The notes beneath the pieces were generated by a model. That model was given only the letters and a program-made list of their open reading frames with translations. It was not told where the DNA came from and made no database searches. From positions 9,176,001-9,240,000 of the forward strand of contig OZ176054.1 of NCBI GenBank assembly GCA_964247055.1: a DNA stretch of 64,000 nt, given 5' to 3'. The stretch is from Paragordius varius (Eukaryota > Animalia > Nematomorpha). The position numbers and the translations under genes are program-made. This document shows, piece after piece, positions 1-9,903 of this stretch. Within the stretch, counting starts at the first letter, position 1; every line of letters begins with the position of its first letter.

Positions 1-289
1 AAAAGCGGCGAATGTATGTATTTTTTGGATATTATTTTTTTAAATGAATAATAATTAAAAAAAGAATTTGAAGCAGAAATGTGAAACCAACTATATCTTA
101 CAAAAATTATTACTTTTAATTTAATATATTAACTTTGAAAAATTTTATACATATAATTGTATGAATAATCTTTAAATAATAATAACGCTATTGATAACAT
201 CTTATTACATAAAATATGTCCTATTGCTAAGTTCATGGTAATAAAGCAATTTATTAAGCATTTTGCTGTAATTTATTTTGGTAAAACGA

Positions 290-295
<6 letters not shown>

Positions 296-328
<33 letters not shown>

Positions 329-339
329 ATATATATATA
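296..339. repeat. (TA)n microsatellite just past the HSPBAP1 stop; others at ~26666-26695, 31228-31265, 35826-35859, 38097-38146
   Basis: TA dinucleotide runs directly visible. Confidence 0.95.
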
Positions 340-354
340 CATATTTAATATCAG

Positions 355-3300
355 TTATTCACATTCTGAATATATTTTATTATAAATTATTTCATTAACA
401 ACATTTTGAGCGTTTTGAAAAAGAAGAGGTAAGCTTTCGGTACTTTTTTTAACATGGCGATCTATTTTCTGATCAAAATATTTCAATGTAATATCATCCA
501 AATAATTGTTAAAGTCTTCAATACTGTGGAATTGTTGTAGATTATTACATTTAGACTTTTTTAGTATTTCCCAAAACATTTCAGTATTTGGTATATTATT
601 ATGCAATATATTTGGTTGGAGTTCTTTTGCATCTTCGTACAATGTTAAATTTTCTTGAATAGAAGACGGTTTCTCCTATTATAAAAATTTTATAATCAAA
701 TAATACTAATAATATACCATTTGCACTTTAAGAGTATCCTTAAACACTTCAAGTTAGTCCTTATACTTTTTTTGAATTTATCCATATTTTTGCATTTATT
801 TATTAATTTGTTAACCAAATCTTCTTGATTTATTATATATTTATTCATTTTAAATTAATATTTTTTTATTTGAAAACTACTTTTTTGTTTCGAACTGATT
901 TTTTCCAATGCTTTACGGAAAAGTGTAATTAATAACCCAAAAAACTTATATTCTTTTCAATTACATGTTAAAACTATATAAAATATAATTTAAGAATTTA
1001 TAAAGATCTACGGTTTCTGATTGATTAAAAGTTGATATTGGTATAAAAGTTTGGTTTAATAAATAAAATAGATTAAAATTGATAAGAAAGATGAATGATA
1101 CACGGTTCGATTGCTAAGAGTTAAAAACAAAATAAAAAAAAGTTAAAGGACCAACTTGAATTGTTCAAGGACACTCTTGGAGTGCAAATGGTATATTAAT
1201 TGTCATCAATTTCACATAATTTTTTTTCAATTCTTTTGAAAGCCGGTTCGGGTTCCACAGAATTATTTTGCCAAAAAATTATCCGTCAAATTATTTTTTT
1301 GTTAGTATAGAATTATGTTATTTTTCTTTATTAATAACTCATGCCAATTTATAATCACAATCAAAACATTATAAACTGTATTATTTCCATAAATAATTAA
1401 CAAATACTCTTTTATGATCAAATAAATTGGAAAAAATATTAAAAACAAAGATAACCAGGTAATAATCAAACAAATTTTTTCAAAGCCGGGTTTCACTTCT
1501 AAAAGTGATATCAAAACCGTTGATAGTTTTTTTAAACGGTTTAGGTTTCATCAATGGATTGTTAATATATATTTTTCAAAAGCTTTAACTATCTGTGCCA
1601 AAAATATGATAACTTTTGCGCAATTTTACAATAAGAAATTATGATGCTAATGTTTGATTAGAAAGTAGTATTTTTAAAATTAAATGATATGATATAGGAC
1701 AAGAAAAGGTTTTGAAATACAGTCTCCACAAACAATTGTGAAAATAATATGGTAATAAAAAAGATAACTAATTTAATCTTTTTTTATGGATTATGATGAC
1801 TATTTTTAATTTTAATATATATAATAAAAAAAATATGTGAATTACGCCATAAGAATTTAGCCATGTGCTCCCGATTTCATCTATCTGTGTCATGATAGAG
1901 TTAATTAAGATACGAATTCTAGCTTCGTTTATTCGTTTACTGATATCTTCCATCTACATTAAACAAATTTAGTTATTACAAAGTGAAAAATAGACCTAAA
2001 TGTTATCGATAGACCTAAATTACAATTTAATTGTTTTGATAAATTTGAGTGATATATTATTGATCTTCAAATATGCCTAATTATATTATTAATTCTACAT
2101 TTTAGTCTAATTTTTATTGTAGACCATAAATATAATGCAGTGAAGGTTATAATTCATAAGACACTTGTACAGCTAGTAAACTTTTAGCAAAATAATATAA
2201 CAAATATTTACATGATCTTAACCAAAAATTTTCTAAATGATGCGTAACGTTTCAGTTTTAAGGAAGATTGTAGACGGCTATTTCCTATTTTAAAAAAGTA
2301 GCATCTAAAAACGAAATCGGACCACATTTTATTTAGAATCCAAAGCACGTGCAATATATATGTATAGAATGTGGAAAAATTTTCTCCACGCTTATAGTCT
2401 TTCAATTAAAAATAAAAAAAAACAACATTATTGTGTGGTACATTCCAATATTAACACTTCGATTCAAATTGGGGTATCAAAAAACCCCAGAATAAATTTG
2501 AGTTAGGATTTTTATAAAGATACTGAATAAAACGGTCCCAATTTAAATTTATGCTTCTATCCTAATAAAAATAAATAAATATGCCAAAAAATCTAAATAA
2601 AATTTTGTTATGAAAAAAAAGTTCCATGTCAAACTACTTCGACGCTAGTATTATTTAACAAAATTTTTGCAAAATATCGTCTTCATTTAATTCCAAGGGT
2701 AAAATTTAAGCTAATTTTTATTTAAATTTCATTTAACATTGATAGAAATATAAAAAGCGGTTTATATTGTATTATTCAATTTTACCATTGCACACATGTC
2801 ACGTTGACTAAATTTTTACCTTTTGGTTTTAGCTCAAAATAAGTATTATCAAGTATTTTTTAATAATTTTTCTTATATATTTCGGTTTATTAATGTTATA
2901 TAGGTGCAAAATTTTGCCATGGTTTCGATTCTGTCCCTATTTAAGGACTAGAATGAATGTGTTATATCCAAGTGTTAAGAGATAATGCGTAACGCATTTA
3001 ATAATATTAACTCATATTTGGGAGAAATAAATATTTGAAAAAATTAATTAAAAATATATAAAGATTAAACTTAAACAAATCGATGTATTTGCGTGATAAG
3101 AAAAGAAAAAACCAGGAAAAATATATCGTTTTGATAAAATATATTTTTTTAAAATAGATCGGATGACTGTAAAGGAAAAATACTTATCAGATTAGGTTCT
3201 TTCGATTGGACCATGGAGAATAAGATATATAATACCCTTCCCAATTATTTGGTTATATTAATTCAAAATTATTACACAAAACAAGAAAAACTAAAATTAA

Positions 3301-5412
3301 TCATCGTAACTACCCTAAAATGACCAAATAAATTCGCAGCAAGTAGTGCTTTTTATTACTTTTGCACCGCGTTCGTATTTATTTTGAGACTTTAAGTGGA
3401 TTTTCGAATAACGCTCTCATACAAAAATTATTTTATAAATATCATATAAATTATTAACTGAAAGACAATAAACCGTTTAATCATTTATTAAGGGCATAAA
3501 AATATTTAGAAGTGCTTAATTGTATTGCATTTGTATATAGCCCTACCTACATGGAACAAATTTGGTTAATTAGATATTTACGCAGGGATTCAAAAAAACC
3601 AAATTGTGTATAAAAAAACTTCCAGTATTATAATTATTAAAAATGCAGTAAAAGGTTAAAAATAATCTTAAAATATTTAAAAGGTAAGAAAATATATAGA
3701 TATGTTAACAAGATTTAAAAGGGTTATGTAAATTATAATATTATTATTTAAAATAAAAGAAGGTGATGAGGAGTAAAAAAATATAAGATAGAGTTAATGC
3801 AAAAGGGAAATTTTTATATAAACCTACTTTATTGTAGATATTCGTACTTCGTAAAAGATAAACAATTAGTATGGAAAGGGACCCACTTTGTGAGAACTAT
3901 ATTTATGATACCTATGAAAAACCTTTTTTTCATAATTTTTATTTATTTTAAATACTTTTCAAATAACGATTTCTTATTTAACAGGTTGTAGAAATTAAAA
4001 AATGCAAAAATAATATAAGTACGAATTTTTTTTGAACAAAATCATTTATTCTTACTAATAACCATAACACGAAGCTTTGAAATTATATAATAATGGGATT
4101 AATGAATAAATAGTGGTACATATGTATTTTTATAATAGAATGCGTGTTAGAAGTTTTATTATTATTCCTATAATATACCATTTACAGTTCAAATTCACCC
4201 TTGAACAATTCGAATTCACCCTCCAACAACATAAATTTACCCTTGAACAATTTAAATTCACTCTAAATATAAATTGTAAATTATCGGGCTAATATATCTC
4301 ATCATTAATGAAATATATCTTTATGGCTTAGTTTATTAATTTTTCAGTGCTATTTTTATTTTAAAAAAAAATTTCATTTTTTTAAATATTAAAAAATATA
4401 GGTAATTTTTAATCTTAAAAAACACAATTTATTTTAGGGTGATTTTGAATTGTTTGGGAGTGAGTTTGATTTGTTTGGGGGTGAATTTGATTTGTTTGAG
4501 GGTGAATTGAATTGTTACATATTTTCATTCTAGTATATAATGAATGTGCTGAATATTTTACGTATTTTTAAAGGCGTTACAGTTACTGTCATGAATGCAC
4601 CAACAACTAGCCAGAGGAAGGTTTAAAAAATTTGTTTCAATATTTTATGAAATTGGCCATTTTAAAATATTAACTTGAGGAATCCATGTATTAACAGAAA
4701 CAGATTTTTCTGTTAACGTTAACACCAAGTGCCACCAATGTCGCGGAACGTAAAGGACCTGACCAGGAGTTAAAATGTAAGATATAGGGTGAAGTTTCTA
4801 ATACATATATTATCATAATTACTGAAGTATTTTGCAGAAAAAATGGATTTTTGAGGCAAAAAACTGATGATTCTTCATAAGGAATCCGAGTTGGATTTAA
4901 ATGATCAGTATCGGAAGGTGGAAATAATATCCAAAGTTTTCTATCTTTATATCGTATTTAAACTTTCCATATATTTGGGCCACCAAATTAAAACCATAAG
5001 TATCATAATGGCATGGGGTATATGAACCGAGTGTACCAATCCAAATAGTTGAATCGTTACCTTTTCTATCGTCAAATCCCAAAAAAGACCAATTAATTAT
5101 CTAATTATGTTATATAAATACTTCATTTAAAATTTTACATTTCAAAAATTTAATGTGTTTATAGCCATAATATGCAAAATATATTTTTTCTTTGGTATAT
5201 TGAGGCAATTTATCAAAAATAGTTTTATCTGCAGTCAATTGACAACGGTTTTCCCATAATATATCTGAAAATATATTTAAATTACCATCTGAGTTTAAAT
5301 TTAAATACCCCAATCTAATATCATCAAAGTCAATCAAATCAATTATTTTTGAAAAATTCCAATCCAATATATCCCATTTTAGGCAATCCGTAAAAATGCA
5401 TGGTAAAGACAT
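355..5412 (-). CDS. HSPBAP1: HSPB1-associated protein 1-like JmjC (cupin_8) hydroxylase, spliced
   Basis: Exons read by hand: 5412-5122, 5100-4964, 4940-4823, 4797-4675, 1953-1846, 675-355 (extra exons in 676-1845 not excluded); all GT-AG and frame-consistent. Translation gives STIWIGTLGSYTPCHYDTYGFNLVAQIYGKKLWILFPP..PTRIPYEESSVF..LTPGQVLYVPRHWWH..SVSVNTWI, matching HSPBAP1 JmjC motifs with HxD...H intact. Start ATG (5412) and last exon less certain. Confidence 0.88.
2455..2974 (+). mobile_element. piggyBac-like non-autonomous element (MITE family A) in the large HSPBAP1 intron
   Basis: TTAA|CACTTCGAT...ATCCAAGTG|TTAA; TTAA on both flanks (2451-2454, 2975-2978); collinear with copies at 41269 and 59465; internal deletion near the right end. 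Confidence 0.8.
4178..4515. mobile_element. MITE family B (TA-flanked, subterminal AATTCAAATTCACCC repeats)
   Basis: Starts TA|CCATTTACAGTTCAAATTCACCC with tandem subterminal repeats; inverted GGGTGAATTTGA repeats at 4436-4515; same family at 28584, 29887, 31646. Confidence 0.7.
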
Positions 5413-5449
5413 TAATATATGAATACTATGTAAATTGTTATTAATCACA

Positions 5450-5522
5450 GCCCTGGTAGCTCAGTCGGTAGAGCATTAGGCTTTTAACCTAAGGGTCTTG
5501 GGTTCGAGCCCCAACCAGGGCG
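5450..5522 (+). tRNA. tRNA-Lys (anticodon UUU)
   Basis: 73-nt cloverleaf: acceptor GCCCTGG/CCAGGGC, D-arm AGCTCAGTCGGTAGAGC, anticodon stem TTAGG/CCTAA with loop CT-TTT-AA, GGTTCGAGCC B-box, followed by an oligo-T Pol III terminator. Confidence 0.97.
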
Positions 5523-7695
5523 TTCTTTTTTAAATTTTTATTATTAAAAGTCTGTTGAAATGCATTTTTGCACTACTCTAAATTTTCATTTACTTTATAA
5601 TATTTGCTAACCCACAAAAATATGAGGTTCTTTTATTGTTTTTTGATTACATTATCTGTAATCATGGTAACCTAAACGGCTGAAATATTCCTCTTGAATT
5701 ATGTTAGCCATATACTTGGTTTCGACTGCTTCTACTCCCACTCAACGGGTGTATTTATTAAAAATACATCAAAGGACCGGCAAAGTTACAACACTTTTCG
5801 ATCTATAAGTTGAAAATATGTGGATTCATAAGTTTGACAGCATAAAGTTTTTATACATTTTTTGATACTTTTGGGATTCCGGTCTAAATCCATTTTCCGA
5901 CTCCTTACTTCAATAGTAATTGTACCCAAATGAGTCGCATTTATGTCCACATAAAATTGAAAACAAATAACACTTTTTTTAAAGAATAAAACGCTTATTT
6001 TCAACTTAACAATCTATCAAAATAAACAACGGTTCCTTTATTAATCAAAATTTTGCGTTTTTGAGTTTCGTCAAAAATTTAATATCTGAATATTATCAGA
6101 TCTTAGTCTTCAATAATAAAATTAAGTTGCATTATGCTAAAACAAATAATTATCTCGAATGTAGCTTATTTTTAAATACCTGTTTATATATTTTTGTAAT
6201 GTATCCATACCTAGAAAAATCTTGAAAAATAATCTGAAAATATTAATATTTTATATATGAAAACAAAAATTTAATTATAAAACATGGTCCAAAATAAGTA
6301 AACCAGATATGATAATTACTCTTTAAACATAATAGGCGAGACATTTGTCAAACTTTCGAAATATGAGACGACTAAAGTAACCGATTGTTCCATAGCAACG
6401 AATGAATTGCCCTTTAATTTTGGCATGGATGGGATCATAGGGGCCGGATATTTCCGGCTAGAAAAGTTCCCTTCTTACAAGATAAATTAGATAAAGAAAA
6501 AAGATTGTTATCTTTGAAAACTATCGAATCGGCAGATCCTCAACAAAGTAGTTTATGTTAGTCTAGTCCAATAGTGAACGTTTTAAAACTAACAGTGAAT
6601 TAAAACTTTGTGCCGATTATCTATAAATAAATATAAACTCAGAAATATTTTCCCTTTAATTATTTAATTTTCAAAATTATCTTTGGTAAAACATTCTCAC
6701 ACTATATTTCGGGGGTGTATACCTTTAAACACCAGACCCCTATTACCAAGCCTTCTCACCATATCAATCCTCTTTTTTTTCTAAAATTTACTTTTGTCTT
6801 TCTATAGTGCACCAACCAACATTATAAATTTCCTGCAATGAGATATCATCCATATTTGGAGGGAAAAAAATTATTTAATTTTTGTAAAGTTATCTATCCC
6901 TTGATCCAAGAATATTGATTTTTTCCAATTATCATGTACCCTTTATATGTTAGTTCTATTATTTGATGTATTAAGTGATAGAACCCGTTCCAAAACGTTC
7001 TCTTAAACTGCAACCTATTCTGGTTCAAAATGGTCTGAAAACAGGTTAGTCTGGATTATTTTGTACCTTATCTAATTAACAACATACGAATGAAGAATTG
7101 AAGACAATAAAATGATTTAAACAAATTTAAATTGATTGTTGTGGAAACAACAAAAAATAGTTTTGACGTTAGAGCCAATATAGATCTTATTCAAACTTTA
7201 TTCAAATTTTTAATCCGGCACTAAATTTATATTCCCGAAAATATTTTTGGGTCATTTTTTTTCATTACAAAATTCATTGGCTTCTCAGGCGTTCAACTGT
7301 GGATGAGAGACCTATTGCGTACTAAGTTAAATTTATATTAAATTTTCTTACATTATAGGTGTTAAAAGGCAAATGCAATCTAATTCTGTTAACCGTTATT
7401 ATTCCATTCCAATTTTTTTAGAAGGTCTTTCACCCTAACCAACTGCAATTTTATTCTAAATACATTTTATTTATTAAATTTTTGAATTTACTATATGCAT
7501 TTATATAAACACAAGTATATTTCGTAATATCTATACAAATTCGTTATTCAATAATCTGAGATCATGAGATTCTATATATAATCTTTGTAAATGATTATCT
7601 ATTACACACTAAATGTAATTGCATATTAGCTAGATTTCAAAATAAATGTTACTGTACAGTTAATATAGATTAGGTAAATAGATGTATCCATATTT

Positions 7696-9903
7696 TTAAT
7701 TTAATGAAAGTTTCATATCGTCCAAAGTCCCGTTCATTTGATCGATATTAATTTCCTGTTTGCTTGCTAACAATAATGTTGCAAAAAACAATCTGGGTAT
7801 GTTTACAATTTTCGCTGGTTTTTCACAATTTTTTTCATGGTTGCCAGTGGATGATGCGCAACCCGCGATTTTAGAAATCATATTTCCAAATGATAAAACA
7901 TGTGAGTTTTGAGATAAGATATTTTGTTGGATAGTATTATTAGTATTTTGGGTGGTCTTTGGAAAACGTTTAATAGGAGAAATTTCTGAACTGTGAGATG
8001 GTGAAGACACTGTAAAAAAGCCTTCATCATCTTCCTCTTCTAATGTTTCCCCCCTTTGCTGCATCCATTCATAATTTTTAACAATTTTTTCTCGTTCGAT
8101 ATGGAGTTCAGGGGGTGATTCATGTCCGTTTAATGTTGTTGTTTGGTGCAAAATGCTTTTTATTAACAACTGATCATTGAGTATGTCCCGATTTTGTTTT
8201 CGTTTCGTTTGTGATTGTGCTCGAGGTAACACATGTGACAATATATAATTCTCCCAATCATCATAACAAGCAAATAAGTTTTGGGTAAAATTTTGATCTG
8301 ATGTATTATAAGAAGGAGCATGGCCTATTGTTTCGTTTGGCTCATCATCTGAATAACCATTATTTTCATGTTCCGATAAAGTTTCCCCACCACCTTGTAT
8401 AAAACTATCGTTTTCCATTTGGTATTCTTTAAGGATCGTTTCGTCAAGATCTCCACAAATGGATGGAGTTACATTAGTTTCCTCAGATGGTTTCTCAACA
8501 GTAGTTTTATTCACACGTTTGGTCGATTTAGCTTTTAACACACGTTTCAAAACACAACTAATGGACTTTGATATTCGTTGGTTAATATCATTATCGGTCA
8601 ATATTTTTTTGTCAGATTTGGTTTTAATCTGTTGTGAAATTGTAGATGTCGGAACAAATATTGTTTGACAAATTTGGGGTAACACTTCATTTGGCAAGCT
8701 TTGTACAAAATTTGTAGACACTGATTGCACTTTTTGTTTTCGTTCATCTGTAATTTCGCCGGATGATTCGTTTGGCGTTTGATATGACGTAATGATATCA
8801 CCATCATCATCTATTAATAGTGTGTCATCATTCATTGTAAAATCTAAATGTCTATGGGTAATGGCATCTGTAAAGTTTGTCCCTGTTATACCAAAAGTAT
8901 TGATATTGTTATCATGTCTTTTCGGAGTTGAGGATGAAACATTTTGAGGCACTAAAAACTTGTCTGGATAAGATAATATAAGGGGAGCTAAATTCAGACA
9001 CGGGTCATAAAAATGGGACAAATGCCAACCCGAGGCATGTATATAAGGATAATTTATGTTGGTTGTGTTTTTACGTATGGTAAGAGTGGTATAAAGTGAA
9101 TTATACATTCGATTACAATACTGATTGATAATTTGTCGAGATTTTTTCATGGTTTTAAGACGTTTTTTGGGACTTTCACTGACTTTTGGCGTTAAAACTG
9201 TTTCGGTAAGGTACATATCTCTTAGTTTTGTAAAAAGTTTCGGAAAATTATCTTTGTTATCTTGATCCTCCTGTAGTACAGGATGAGTATTTATTACCGA
9301 ATCATTTTTTGAAAAGACTTTATATTTTTCTAATATTGTAGCGGCTTTAAAATTATCATTTATTTGAGTTACATTTGATATTATTTTGCCCATATTATCG
9401 ATTGTATAATTTTGAGGTATGGAAAATATATTATCAAGAGATGTTAAAGGTTTTTCGCAATATTCTCTTTCATCAATAGTAGGCTCATAAATATTAGCAG
9501 AATTTTTTAATTCATTTGTTGGATTTTTTAGCGATTTCTTTAAAATATTATTTTTTATGTCCATAAATTCGTTAACTAGCGTGTATAAATGATCAACTCG
9601 TTTACTGTAAAGTAGAGAAGTGCCATGAAGCAAAAGCGAGGCTTTGGCAAAATTAATTTTCTTTTTTAGGGACGTTTGACTAGATGATAGGGAAAAGGAG
9701 GTGGTATCATTAGAATCTAAAGATGAATCGTGTGACGGAGTAGGCGAATATGACAATGCCTCGCTTTCGTTGGATAAAAGAGGATCGATTGCATTTTCAT
9801 TAATATCATACATAAAGTTAGTTAGCTTTTCACCAATATTAATATTCCAATATTCTTTAGGATCCTTTTGGACTTTCAACAAAAAATTTAAATACTCATC
9901 CAT
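7696..9903 (-). CDS. NCAPH2: Condensin II complex subunit H2 (kleisin beta), single exon, 735 aa
   Basis: Uninterrupted ORF. N-terminal YLNFLLKVQKDPKEYWNINIGEKL...INFAKASLLLHGTSLLYSKRVDHLYTLV resembles the CAP-H2 N-terminal kleisin motif; C-terminal PRLFFATLLLASKQEINIDQ resembles the C-terminal winged helix. Confidence 0.85.
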   Translation of the reverse strand: MDEYLNFLLKVQKDPKEYWNINIGEKLTNFMYDINENAIDPLLSNESEALSYSPTPSHDSSLDSNDTTSFSLSSSQTSLKKKINFAKASLLLHGTSLLYSKRVDHLYTLVNEFMDIKNNILKKSLKNPTNELKNSANIYEPTIDEREYCEKPLTSLDNIFSIPQNYTIDNMGKIISNVTQINDNFKAATILEKYKVFSKNDSVINTHPVLQEDQDNKDNFPKLFTKLRDMYLTETVLTPKVSESPKKRLKTMKKSRQIINQYCNRMYNSLYTTLTIRKNTTNINYPYIHASGWHLSHFYDPCLNLAPLILSYPDKFLVPQNVSSSTPKRHDNNINTFGITGTNFTDAITHRHLDFTMNDDTLLIDDDGDIITSYQTPNESSGEITDERKQKVQSVSTNFVQSLPNEVLPQICQTIFVPTSTISQQIKTKSDKKILTDNDINQRISKSISCVLKRVLKAKSTKRVNKTTVEKPSEETNVTPSICGDLDETILKEYQMENDSFIQGGGETLSEHENNGYSDDEPNETIGHAPSYNTSDQNFTQNLFACYDDWENYILSHVLPRAQSQTKRKQNRDILNDQLLIKSILHQTTTLNGHESPPELHIEREKIVKNYEWMQQRGETLEEEDDEGFFTVSSPSHSSEISPIKRFPKTTQNTNNTIQQNILSQNSHVLSFGNMISKIAGCASSTGNHEKNCEKPAKIVNIPRLFFATLLLASKQEINIDQMNGTLDDMKLSLN

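Noticed and set aside
4178-4270. Regularly spaced AATTCACCC repeats resembling a CRISPR array
   Set aside because: Spacers are too short and similar, the repeats are mirrored at the other end of a MITE, and the context is eukaryotic with no cas genes.
5650-6004. ORF 5786-6004 and a short downstream frame as an upstream HSPBAP1 exon or separate gene
   Set aside because: No recognisable motif, the start is not ATG, and I could not find a frame-compatible splice into HSPBAP1.
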